The notes below the pieces were generated by a model. It was not told the DNA's origin, did not search any database, and worked only from the letters and a program-made list of their open reading frames with translations. Source: Eledone cirrhosa (taxonomy: Eukaryota). Taken from it: a stretch of 47,549 nt of DNA. The stretch spans positions 1 to 47,549 of the forward strand of contig CAXHJY010001407.1 of NCBI GenBank assembly GCA_964016885.1, given 5' to 3'. A program made the position numbers and the translations under genes. Shown here piece by piece: positions 28,030-41,939 of this stretch (position 1 is the stretch's first letter; every line of letters begins with the position of its first letter).

Positions 28030-28744
28030 AATATGGTTTTATAAATATAGTTTCCATTTATTTAATATCATTGAATATTTGCTCCAGAAATCTGTCGAGT
28101 GCACTGAATGAGTTATAAACGTTTATATTTGTTGAATTTCCAACAAATTAAATATCCCTTCTACTTATATATATACGTACATACATATATGTATACAGAC
28201 GTACAGTAGTATGTATATATATATAGATACATGTATATATGTACGTATGGGTTTACCGAACATTTATTATATATGTGTACATGTATGTATATATATACAT
28301 ACTACTGTACGTCTGTATACATATATGTATGTACGTATACATACTTATATTTAAGTAACAGCCGTACTAAGAGTGAGAAATGAAATTTCATTTCATTCTT
28401 TTCCATTTATCGTTTTCGGTACGCCCGGCCAACTAACTCACTCGATATGCAAATTAGGCTGCTCAGCCGTTAATATGCAAAAGGAAAGTATATACGTTCA
28501 AATGTTCAATCATCTAACAGGAAGGTATACGATGCTGACGATAGCTAATAAGTTTGAAAGTAGTTCATCGTTCCTTTGTCAGTGTTGAACAAGGGGCAAC
28601 GATGGTTGCCGAACACTGTACGGTTTAATTCGGGCTGTTTGTTTACAAACAAATCGAACATTTAAGTATCAGCCGTACTAAGAGTTACATTTAAGTATCA
28701 GCCGTACTAAGAGTGAGAAATGAAATTTCATTTCATTCTTTTCC

Positions 28745-28803
<59 letters not shown>

Positions 28804-28815
28804 ATATATATATCA

Positions 28816-28895
28816 TAACATCTCTTTCTGATGAACGATCCAGACATATATTAATATTGTCTAGGGACCAGAAACCTTTGGTAATGGAGTAGTTA
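28816..28895 (+). ncRNA. Degenerate hammerhead motif (ACCTTTGGT stem III family; relative at 29162-29223 on minus)
   Basis: CTCTTT-CTGATGA-ACGATCCAGACA...TGTCTAGGGACCA-GAA-ACCTTTGGT-A^ATGGAG; stems I and II imperfect. Confidence 0.5.
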
Positions 28896-28923
28896 TATAT
28901 TGTGTTGTTCACTTTCTAATTAA

Positions 28924-28987
<64 letters not shown>

Positions 28988-29013
28988 TATTTTATATATA
29001 TATATATATAAGT

Positions 29014-29057
<44 letters not shown>

Positions 29058-29128
29058 TATTGAAGTTTCCGTTGAAAATTGAAAAAGTCAGAGGAATGAA
29101 GTGTGGTCTATGTAAGTTACAGAGCTGA

Positions 29129-29297
29129 ATATTTAATGTATAATAAACAATACAATATAATTACCAAAGGTTTCCCGAATAAGACGAATACAAGAAACGT
29201 CCGCATTCGTTCGTCAGAGAAGGCAATTGCCTTGTATTCGTCTTATTCGGGAAACCTTTGGTAATGAGGTAATTATATTGTATTGTTTATTATACAT

Positions 29298-29304
<7 letters not shown>
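29129..29304. repeat. Fold-back inverted repeat of an HHR-containing segment
   Basis: 29129-29194 vs 29231-29304. Confidence 0.8.
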
Positions 29305-29378
<74 letters not shown>

Positions 29379-29541
29379 TTCAAGAGTAACCAATCTTAAA
29401 GAGAGAGATGGAGATAAGAGAGGAAAGATTGGTGAATTATTTAGAAGCCAAAGCGTAAAGGCATGTGCTCAATGTGCAATATGCAATAGAAATCAGCTAG
29501 GTGGCTGGGTTCATGCAGAAGTTAAGCGCGCAGAGCTGGAA

Positions 29542-30321
29542 ATATTCATTAGTTAAGCAAAACAAGGCCACAAATTTTATAAGGAAGACATTATTAGAAG
29601 ATTGTCAACATATTTTAGTTTGATGTAAGGAATATAGAGAATAATAATAATAATATTAATAATAATAATGTCCGTTTACAATTGTTTCGCTACTCCATAT
29701 AATATTTCTGGATCAGATGACTATATATCATTATTGATCTGGTTCAGTTGAAAATAATTAACATATTTAAAAACAGAGCGGCTCATCGGAACTTCAAAGG
29801 AATATAAATTAAAATAAGGAGAGAATGTTATATAATGTAGTGTTTCACTATGGTGTCCTGGTTGTATCAGTTGTCAACCATAATCAAGCAGTATTCATCT
29901 GTCGAGGCTGCATTGTGTGAGATCTGCCTATGTTACCCATAGGCAGATCTCACACAATGCAGCCTCGACAGATGAATACTGCTTGATTATGGCTGACAAC
30001 TGATACAACCAGGACACCATAGTGAAACACTACATTATGTAACATTCTCTCCTTATTTTAATTTATATTCCTTTGAAATTCCGATGAGCCGCTCTGTTTT
30101 TAAATATGTTAATTATTTTCAACTGAACCAGATCAATAATGATATATAGTCATCTGATCCAGAAATATTATATGGAGTAGCGAAACAATTGTAAACGGAC
30201 ATTATTATTATTAATATTATTATTATTATTCTCTACATTCCTTACATCAAACTAAAATATGTTGACAATCTTTTAATAATGTCTTCCTTATGAAATTTGT
30301 GGCCTTGTTTTGCTTAACTAA

Positions 30322-30328
<7 letters not shown>
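29542..30328. repeat. Long palindrome, 391-bp arms, 5-nt loop
   Basis: Centre CTGCCTATG-TTACC-CATAGGCAG at 29933-29937; about 6 mismatches between arms seen by eye. Confidence 0.92.
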
Positions 30329-30363
<35 letters not shown>

Positions 30364-30574
30364 TGTGAGTGTGAGTGTAAGCATGTGTCTGTGTTTCTAA
30401 TTATGTCTGACTGTGTGTGTGTGTGTATTTTCTGTGATATATTTAAGCTACATTGAAATATCCTACAATACAGCTGGAATTGAACAAAACCACTTCCATT
30501 TTCAGTGAAGAGACAAACAATAATCTAATCAATAGAAATGACATATAGATAGATTTCCTTTGTTAACGAACTGT

Positions 30575-31330
30575 TGCCTAGTATAAACTGTATGTTGTAG
30601 TCATTTCACCTTTGTATAACACCATGCTAGAGAGGCTTTGGGTGCTGTAAAGTGTTGTACGGTTAATATCTGGTCGGGGTGGGTAATATAAAGTGTATGT
30701 TGTTGTAATTTCCCCCTTGTATAACACCTTTGTACAACAATCAGGGTAGTGTAAACTGTTGTACGGTTAGTACCTGGTCTTGTATAGTTCGTACATGATC
30801 TGGTGTGATTTAGGTATGTGTATAAACTGTATTTTGTTGTCATTTCACCTTTGTGTAACACCATGCTAGAGAGGCTTGTGGTAAAGTGTTGTAATGTTAA
30901 TACCTTGTTTGGTGTGGTTTGGTATAAACTGTATGTTGCAGTCATTTCACCTTTGAATAACACCTTGGTAGATAGACTTGGGGTGCTGTAAAGTGTTGTA
31001 CGGTTAATATCTGGTCGGGGGGGGGGGTAATATAAAGTGTATGTTGTTGTAATTTCATCCTTGTATAACCCCTTTGTACAACAATCAGTGTAGTTTAAAC
31101 TGTTGTACGGTTAGTACCTGGTCTTGTATGGTTCGTACATGATCTGGTGTGATTTAGGTATGTGATTGTTATTACATCTTGTGTAACACGTGGCTACAGC
31201 ATCTGGGGTAATATAAAGGTTTCTATGGTTCACACCTGGTCTGATATAAACTGTATGTTGTTGTCATCACACTTTATATAACACCTTGGTATAGCAGCCA
31301 GGGTAGTGTAAAGAATTGTATAAATCATAC
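30575..31330. repeat. Degenerate minisatellite (about 100-120-bp subunits)
   Basis: TATAAACTGTATGTTG...TAACACC motifs recur near 30582, 30821, 30923 and 31245. Confidence 0.7.
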
Positions 31331-31667
31331 TTGATCAGGTATGATATGGTTTCGTATAAATAATATGTTGTTAATATATTAGGGCGATAGATTGACAGGA
31401 TCGGTAGAGTGTCGGACAACATGCTTTGCGGCATTGGGTTACGTCTCTTTACTATACATCACTACGGCGTCCCTACGAGTCCACAAAGAGTTAAGTGTTC
31501 GTATCATAACATACATCGTACCAACATTATGCCATTAAAATCAAAATATTTCATGCTGTTCCTCCGATTCTTTTTTCTTTATTTTTTTTGCCAATGAAAT
31601 GATCGATTGTTTGTTATCTCCCCTTTTTGTCTCTGCTTATTTTCAGTTGTGGTCATATGATCAAAGG

Positions 31668-31785
31668 ATGAGTTGTAGTGGTGGAGAACCCGACCGGTCA
31701 GCTTTAGCCCGGAGTCGTAGCATTGACCATCAGCTTGATGAAGAACGTGAGAGAAGAATGAAGGAAATTCAACTACTGGTGTTAG
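31668..31785 (+). CDS. Divergent G-protein alpha subunit (Gq-like gene structure), coding exon 1
   Basis: Encodes MSCSGGEPDRSALARSRSIDHQLDEERERRMKEIQLLVL-G, matching the Galpha N-terminal helix/beta1 pattern (SxxIDxxL...E.KLLLLG). Polypyrimidine+CAG acceptor ends at 31646; GTGAG donor at 31786, phase 1. The frame is open back to the acceptor, so an upstream N-terminal extension is possible. Confidence 0.88.
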
Positions 31786-31806
31786 GTGAGCTGACAGACA
31801 AATTCT

Positions 31807-32513
31807 TTTAGTTTCAACAGTCTCAGATCAAGTCACTTGCCAGACATGTACAACTGTGACTAAAATGACTCTTCCATGATATAATTGTTTTAGTTTTAAC
31901 ACAGTCTCAGATCAAGTCACTTGCCAAACATGTACAACTGTGACTAAAATGACTCTTCCATGATATAATTGTTTTAGTTTCAACACAGTCTCCGATCAAG
32001 TCACTTGCCAGACATGTACAACTGTGACTAAAATGACTCTTCTATGATGTAATTGTTTTAGTTTCAACACAATCTCAGATCAAGACACTTGCCAGGCAAG
32101 TACAACTGTGATTAAAATGACTCTTCTATGATGTAATTGTTTTAGTTTCAACACAATCTCAGATCAAGACACTTGCCAGGCAAGTACAACTGTGATTAAA
32201 ATGACTCTTCTATGATGTAATTGTTTTAGTTTCAACACAATCTCAGATCAAGACACTTGCCAGGCAAGTACAACTGTGATTAAAATGACTCTTCTATGAT
32301 GTAATTGTTTTAGTTTCAACACAATCTCAGATCAAGACACTTGCCAGGCAAGTACAACTGTGATTAAAATGACTCTTCCATGATGTAATTGTTTTAGTTT
32401 CAACACAATCTCAGATCAAGACACTTGCCAGACATGTACAACTGTGACTAAAATGACTCTTCCGTGATGAAATTGTTATAGTTTCAACACAATCTCAGAT
32501 CAAGACACTTGCT
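31807..32513. repeat. 84-bp minisatellite, about 8.4 copies
   Basis: TCTCAGATCAAG-type motif at 31821, 31905, 31989 ... 32493. Confidence 0.92.
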
Positions 32514-32909
32514 ACAGAGGTACACGGTGGCTAATCTTGAGAATTATTCCCTGTAAAAGATGGTTCAGTGAACTGATATGACCATTCTACAAGTGAACTT
32601 GTCATCGTTGCTAAAATATCAGTCAAGTGTACACACACACACACACATACACCACCCCCACCACCCCCACTATCACCACGGTTTCACACACACACACATC
32701 ACAGAACAGATATACACACATATCACAGAACAGATACACACACATATTACTACAAAGCAGATACATACACACACATGCACACATAAACACACACATACAC
32801 AAACACATACACACACAAACACACGTAACAGATACTTGACTTTTAACAGAAGACTTACAGAACAAAGCAACATAATGGACGACCTTCTCTTATATTAGTG
32901 ACATTTGAT

Positions 32910-32970
32910 TGGTGGTGGTGTTGATGGTGGGGGTGGGTGATGGTGGTAGTGGTAGTGGTAGTGTTGTTGA

Positions 32971-33003
<33 letters not shown>

Positions 33004-33117
33004 TGGTAGTGGTGTTGATGGTAGTGTTGTGGTGGTGGTGGTTGTGGTGATAGTGGTGATGGTAGTGGTGATAGTGGTAGTGGTATGGTGGTAGTGGTAG
33101 TTGTAGTGTTGTTGATG

Positions 33118-33149
<32 letters not shown>

Positions 33150-34676
33150 GGTGGTGGTGGTGGTTGTGGTAGTGGTGTTGGTGGTGGTGGTTGTGGTGAT
33201 AGTGGTAGTGGTATGGTGGTGGTGGTGGTAGTGGTATGGTAGTGGTAATGGTAATGGTAGTGGTATGGTGGTGGTGATGGTAGTGGTATTGGTATGATGG
33301 TAGTGCTGGTGATATGGTGGTGGTGATGGCAGTGGTGGTGGTGGTATGGTGGTAGTGCTGGTAGTGGTGGTGGTATGGTTGTAGTGATAGTGGTATGGTG
33401 GTGGTATGGCGGTAGTAATATTGGTATAGTGGTAGTGATATAGTGGTGGTGATGGTAGTGGTATTGGTATGGTGGTAGTGGTATGGTGGTAGTGATAGTA
33501 GTGATGGTATTGGTATGGTGGTAGTGATGGTGGTATGGTGGTAGTGGTATTGGTATGGTGGTAGTGATGGTAGTGGTATTGATATGGTAGTAGTGATGGT
33601 AATGGTGGTAGTGGTATTGGTATGGTGGTAGTGATGGTAGTGGTGGTGGTATGGTGGTAGGGGTATTGGTATGGTGGTAGTGATGGTAGTGGTGGTGGTA
33701 TGGTGGTAGGGGTATTGGTATGGTGGTAGTGATGTTAGGGGTATTGGTATGGCAGTAGTGATGGTAGTGGTGGTGTTATGGTGGTAGTGATGGTAGTGGT
33801 GGTGTTATGGTGGTAGTGGTGGTGTTATGGTGGTAGTGATGGTAGTGGTGGTGTTATGGTGGTAGTGATGGTAGTGGTGGTGTTATGGTGGTAGTGATGG
33901 TAGTGGTGGTGTTATGGTGGTAGTGGTGGTGTTATGGTGGTAGTGATGGTAGTGGTGGTGTTATGGTGGTACTGATGGTAGTGGTGGTGTTATGGTGGTA
34001 GTGATGGTAGTGGTGGTGTTATGGTGGTAGTGATGGTAGTGGTGGTGTTATGGTGGTAGTGGTGGTGTTATGGTGGTAGTGATGGTAGTGGTGGTGTTAT
34101 GGTGGTACTGATGGTAGTGGTGGTAGTGATGGTGGTAGTGATGGTGGTAGTGATGGTAGTGGTGGTGTTATGGTGGTAGTGATGGTAGTGGTGGTGTTAT
34201 GGTGGTAGTGGTGGTGTTATGGTGGTAGTGATGGTAGTGGTGGTGTTATGGTGGTAGTGATGGTAGTGGTGGTGTTATGGTGGTAGTGGTGGTGTTATGG
34301 TGGTAGTGGTGGTGTTATGGTGGTACTGATGGTAGTGGTGGTAGTGATGGTGGTAGTGATGGTGGTAGTGATGGTAGTGGTGGTGTTATGGTGGTAGTGA
34401 TGGTAGTGGTGGTGTTATGGTGGTAGTGGTGGTGTTATGGTGGTAGTGATGGTCGTGGTGGTGTTATGGTGGTAGTGATGGTAGTGGTGGTGTTATGGTG
34501 GTAGTGGTGGTGTTATGGTGGTAGTGGTGGTGTTATGGTGGTAGTGATGGTAGTGGTGGTGTTATGGTGGTAGTGATGGTAGTGGTGGTGTTATGGTGGT
34601 AGTGGTGGTGTTATGGTGGTAGTGGTGGTGTTATGGTGGTAGTGATGGTAGTGGTGGTGTTATGGTGGTAGTGATG
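32910..34676. repeat. Degenerate (GGT/AGT/GAT)n tract with 15- and 24-bp higher-order units
   Basis: GGTGTTATGGTGGTAGTGATGGTAGT-type units. Confidence 0.9.
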
Positions 34677-34800
34677 TATTATGGGTAAATCGTCACAATC
34701 CTTCCTGGTATTCCCTCCAACTCTTCAAATCCCGCCAATGTAAATTTTCTCTTTTCATATTTCCATAAAATATAGAACCAGTACAATACTGGCGTTGATT

Positions 34801-34849
<49 letters not shown>

Positions 34850-34922
34850 GACTCTGTCTCTCTTTCTCTCTCTCTCAGTCTTCTCTCTCTCTCCGTTTCT
34901 TTTCTTTTTTTCTTTCTTTCAT

Positions 34923-34973
<51 letters not shown>

Positions 34974-35090
34974 CTCTCTCTCTCTTTCTCTCTCTCTGGA
35001 AGGAAGGAGGGAAGGAAAGATATCGACTTTGTTCATAGATGGAGGAGATTAGGTTCCGCCAGGTTTAAAATGCCAGAGACAGGCTGTAGG

Positions 35091-35126
<36 letters not shown>

Positions 35127-35134
35127 GGAGACAA

Positions 35135-35186
<52 letters not shown>

Positions 35187-35204
35187 GGTAGATACAGATA
35201 TGAT

Positions 35205-35840
35205 GGCTGCAAACTCGTGTTCGAGCATTGCGATCGCCTCATAAAATGCTCAAAAATGTGAGGCACGAATGTTGCTCTTTAAACCAGCCAAAGACCAGCA
35301 CCCTCTGGCACATATATGGTAACTGTAGGATCCTCCGGGACTTTCCATTGCTTTGTTCTGGATGTGTGTTCTCATGTGTCATTTTCTCCCATTCATAAGA
35401 TGAAATTCCAGCACAAGCCAAGGTGCCCTTGACACAGTCCTGGTACCACATTTTTAGTTTGTGTGATGGTCGCCTTCCTTCTCACAGTCTCCGTAGAGAA
35501 GTTGCTTTGGAATGCGATCATCAGACATCCGGACCACGTGTCCACAGGACCTGAACCGGTGCCGAAAGATCATGCTCTCTATAGTCACGCACCTGCTCCG
35601 TTCGAGAACTTCCAAATCACTGGCGAACATTTTCCATTGCACCCCAAGTAACTTACGAAGAGATTCCAGTTCCTTGAGGTGCTTGCTGTATGTGACCCAC
35701 GTTTCACAAGCATAAAAGAAAGAGGAGACGACACAAGTCAGATACACTTTCACCTTGGTTTCGATAGTGGTACCTCGTTGGGACCACAAACGTTCATGCA
35801 GCCGTCCAAAAGCATCACTGGCTTTCTTAATTCTTAATCT
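35205..35840 (-). mobile_element. RTE-clade LINE 3' fragment
   Basis: ASDAFGRLHERLWSQRG...TKVKVY...YACETW...GHVVRMSDDRIPKQLLYG, typical of the RTE C-terminal region; followed by a (TCTA)n tract. Confidence 0.88.
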
Positions 35841-36210
35841 AATATATATTTGTGAAATGGGTGGTGGTTGAAATTCAGATGTGCACGGTTAAATGGTAGT
35901 AGACGTGGTCGGAGGGACATGAAAATTTACACACCTATGTAAAAAAGTGCCAAGGAAGCAAATAGACGAAGTTTCAAATCTCTAACTTGAAAAATGTGGT
36001 CCCTAGGGCCGCCAAACAGTGTATTTACTATCGCGTTCGGTGAGTTATTTCCCCCTGTTCTAATACTTGGATGAGTTATTTTCCGTAGTTGCTTTCAATA
36101 TTCATTGTGTTATTTACAATTTCATACAAATAAAGCAATAAATAAAGGATTATGAGTTCATGCAATTGACTTATGTTTCGTCACTATATATATATGAATA
36201 TATATATATA

Positions 36211-37010
<800 letters not shown>

Positions 37011-37646
37011 GAAAACGCTTTAATAAAAAAAAATATCAACTGTAATGTATGTATGCATGTATTTATGTGTTTATATGAGCGGGGATATGCAAGTAAATCT
37101 TACTTTGTGGACAGCTGCCCCTTAGCATAATATTCATGCTAGAACAGCATATATTTGAAAGTTTTCAGGGAGTTGAATTACTGATTTTGGATCGGCAGCT
37201 TTAGCTTTGAAAAAATGAAATGTGCAGTGTAAACATTTTTTATTATTCCTCCGGGGATGAATCTTCTCGGCCTTTTCCAATCTCTTTCTTTCTCTCTGGA
37301 AGAAATCAGCCGTAGTAAGACCTAAAAAAATGGTTAGATACACCATGACGCACCGTGCATCACGGTGGAGTTGAAAAGCAGACTCAGAACATGGCGTTGT
37401 GTGTGGGGGGGGGGGGGCTTGCAGCCCAATGTTCCAGGGGGAGCAGAAGAAGAAGAAGAAGAAGAAGAAGAAGAAGAAGAAGAAGAAGAAGAAGAAGAAG
37501 AAGAAGAAGAAGAAGAAGAAGAAGAAGAAGAAGGTGTGAGCTGGAGTCCTATCAAATATGTAGGTTGTGTCTTAGATTGAAGGTTTAGTAGAAACAATTC
37601 ATGTATAGTTTTGTACTTTTCTTTTTGTCATTCATATATAAACAAA

Positions 37647-38707
37647 TCTAATATAGAAATTGGAAGTGGTCGGACGTTGTATATGTAGGTGTAGTCGGAT
37701 AAACGTCGAAACGGCTTGGTGGAATGCAGCGAAAATTTACACAGTTATGCGGAATGACCCGAAGAGGCGTTGGGTAGACTTTCAAGCTACAAGCTTCCAT
37801 GGTTACGGAGAAAATCGATGAAACAGGAATTTCCCATTCAAATTGAACTGAGAGTAATCTGTGAACGCAGAAGTAAATATTTCGAGAAACGTTGCAACCA
37901 AACGAAAACAGAAAGACGATATTTTGGTTCGTGAAGACGTTCTCTGGCAATGAATGGGAAAAAAGCGAGGATAATACGTCGTTATGTGGAGCGTGAAGAA
38001 CAATTTCATGCAAAGACAAGACCAAGTTTATGGTATAAATGGAGTCGTTAGACTAATATTCTATTTAAAATAAGAGAATGATTTCCAACCCCGAGTTTAA
38101 GAATGATGTAAATTAAATTGAAAACGAAAATGACAGAAGTTATTAAAATAGTAAAAGTAAATAGTGAAGATTTAGGCCAGTACATACGTATGCCCCGACG
38201 GAATACACATACATACGCACACACAAATACAGACACACCCATAAACACACACACACACGCGCACGCGCGTATGTATAAACCTTATGCATTTCTACAGTAT
38301 TTTCACCAAACTTAAGATATAGGTTACTTATGTACTCCGGAGGGTCATGGGCACTTTCATTTTTACAGATATTGATTATAGAGCCACCCGGCAGATAACC
38401 CCCTTTAACCACTTCCTTGGAGTCGACTGAAGCACTGCAGTGAAATGCAACAAAACGTCATAACTTCTGGAGTTCGCAACCGATTTTCACAAAACTTGAC
38501 ACATGGGCTACGTTTGTCCTACAGATGAATGTGAACTCTCAGAATTGGCACATATTGAGTAGGGGACCCCTGGAAGCAGGAACCCTCCTTTGGAAAACAG
38601 CCGATGAATTTGTAAAAGTATAGTTTTTTAAGCAGCACTGAAGTATTGACGTAAATGTTATACACAACTGCTATTTAATACCCGAGCAACGCCGGGTACC
38701 TCTGCTA

Positions 38708-38708
<1 letters not shown>
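37647..38708 (+). mobile_element. Non-autonomous Helitron family B
   Basis: A|TCTAATATAG start; CCCGAGCAACGCCGGG hairpin and CTAG|T end. Confidence 0.8.
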
Positions 38709-38748
<40 letters not shown>

Positions 38749-38751
<3 letters not shown>

Positions 38752-39993
38752 ACAAACATAGAATATTCGAAAATATTCTGTATGTTTATAATAAACATTT
38801 CGAAGACCCAATCGCTATAGAATAGAATACGTCACGTATTACAATTTGAGATTCTCGATAAAAGCAAGGGAAGTAACCTACGCGTTTCATTCTTATTAGA
38901 AATCATCAGGATTACATATCCAGTGCTTTTATCGAGAATGACACAGCTAGAGACTTATAGAATACTTAGCTGTGTACAGGAACTGGTTTGAAAGAGCGGT
39001 TGCCGGTCCGGCAGAAATTAGAATTTGGATATAATGCTCTGAAATAGCGATATATATGTGAAGACAAACATAGAATATTCGAAAATATTCTGTATGTTTA
39101 TAATAAACATTTCGAAGACCCAATCGCTATAGAATAGAATACGTCACGTATTACAATTTGAGATTCTCGATAAAAGCAAGGGAAGTAACCTACGCGTTTC
39201 ATTCTTATTAGAAATCATCAGGATTACATATCCAGTGCTTTTATCGAGAATGACACAGCTAGAGACTTATAGAATACTTAGCTGTGTACAGGAACTGGTT
39301 TGAAAGAGCGGTTGCCGGTCCGGCAGAAATTAGAATTTGGATATAATGCTCTGAAATAGCGATATATATGTGAAGACAAACATAGAATATTCGAAAATAT
39401 TCTGTATGTTTATAATAAACATTTCGAAGACCCAATCGCTATAGAATAGAATACGTCACGTATTACAATTTGAGATTCTCGATAAAAGCAAGGGAAGTAA
39501 CCTACGCGTTTCATTCTTATTAGAAATCATCAGGATTACATATCCAGTGCTTTTATCGAGAATGACACAGCTAGAGACTTATAGAATACTTAGCTGTGTA
39601 CAGGAACTGGTTTGAAAGAGCGGTTGCCGGTCCGGCAGAAATTAGAATTTGGATATAATGCTCTGAAATAGCGATATATATGTGAAGACAAACATAGAAT
39701 ATTCGAAAATATTCTGTATGTTTATAATAAACATTTCGAAGACCCAATCGCTATAGAATAGAATACGTCTCGATAAAAGCACTGGATATGTAATCCTGAT
39801 GATTTCTAATAAGAATGAAACGCGTAGGTTACTTCCCTTGCTTTTATCGAGAATCTCAAATTGTAATACGTGACGTATTCTATTCTATAGCGATTGGGTC
39901 TTCGAAATGTTTATTATAAACATACAGAATATTTTCGAATATTCTATGTTTGTCTTCACATATATATCGCTATTTCAGAGCATTATATCCAAA
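38749..39993. mobile_element. Retrozyme-like array 2: 312-bp variant monomer, about 3.3 copies plus an inverted partial copy
   Basis: Unit starts at 38749, 39061, 39373, 39685; inversion at 39768-39769. Same family as array 1 with fixed differences. TA-rich flanks. Lies in the Galpha intron between coding exons 1 and 2. Confidence 0.92.
39790..39832 (+). ncRNA. Type I minimal hammerhead ribozyme (array 2 variant; 3 more copies on the minus strand)
   Basis: GTAATC-CTGATGA-TTTCT(AATA)AGAAT-GAA-ACGCGT-A^GGTTAC; core intact, U.U at the base of stem II. Confidence 0.85.
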
Positions 39994-40107
39994 AATATAT
40001 ATATATATATATACATGTAAAGTTATATTTAAAATTGTTGGGTTACAACTAGTAAATATTTATAACTGATATAAAAGCACTCGACAAATATTTGGAGTAT
40101 ATTTACA

Positions 40108-40908
<801 letters not shown>

Positions 40909-41026
40909 CATATATATATATATAGAGAGAGAGAGAGAGGTAGTGAGACAGAATTATTATCAATATGGAAGTTCTTCAAAACAGAAAAAAAAAACTTCTA
41001 TTTTTTCAAATTATTTTTTCATATAG

Positions 41027-41211
41027 GTGCTTCCGGTTCCGGGAAAAGTACCTTTATTAAACAAATGAGAATCAAATATGGTGACGGCTTTCCCGAAAAT
41101 GAACGCCATTACTTCAAACCATTTATTTACGAGAACATCACGCATGCGCTGCATCATGTCTTAGATCACATGGTAAACATGAAAATCATATATAATGACC
41201 CCTCGATGCAT
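41027..41211 (+). CDS. G-protein alpha subunit, coding exon 2 (P-loop and alphaA)
   Basis: tttttcatatAG acceptor, GTAAGT donor, 185 nt, phase 1 to 0. Encodes (G)[61 protein letters not shown], collinear with Gq [23 protein letters not shown]...VYQNI. Confidence 0.93.
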
Positions 41212-41262
41212 GTAAGTATGATAACTACTTTTTATTTGAGAGGGGATTGAAGGGGTGCAGGT

Positions 41263-41292
41263 TATCATCATCATCATTAACAGCATCATTAA

Positions 41293-41323
<31 letters not shown>

Positions 41324-41333
41324 GCCATCATCG

Positions 41334-41375
<42 letters not shown>

Positions 41376-41648
41376 CCATCAACATCATCATCACCATCAA
41401 CATCATCATCATCATCATCATCATCACCATCAACATCATCATCACCATCAATATCATCATCATCATCATCACCACTATCATCATCATCATCATCATCATC
41501 ATCACCACTATCATCATCATCACCATCATCATCACTATCATCACCATCAATATCATCATCACCATCAATATCATCATCATCATCATCACCATCACTATCT
41601 TCATCATCATCATCACCACTATCATCATCATCATCATCATTATCATCA
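41263..41648. repeat. (CAT)n microsatellite
   Basis: Read directly. Confidence 0.9.
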
Positions 41649-41939
41649 ACGTTGTCAATTCCTATCTAGATATTTGATTCAGTTTAATATTTTAATCTTC
41701 ATATTTTTTGTCTTTATTTCTTTGATTCTGTTTATTTTATTATTTTTATTATTATTTCTATTTTATTGTTTTTCTCATTTCTGTTTTCATTTATTTAACT
41801 ATTTTGTTGTCCTTATTTTCTGTTTTGTTCTTTGTTTCTATATTCACTGTTTCTATTTATGTTCCTACTGTTCCTCTTTTTGCTTTTCCCTGTTGTTATT
41901 TCTGTTTTTCGATGTTTATATCCCTGTTTTTTTTTTCAT

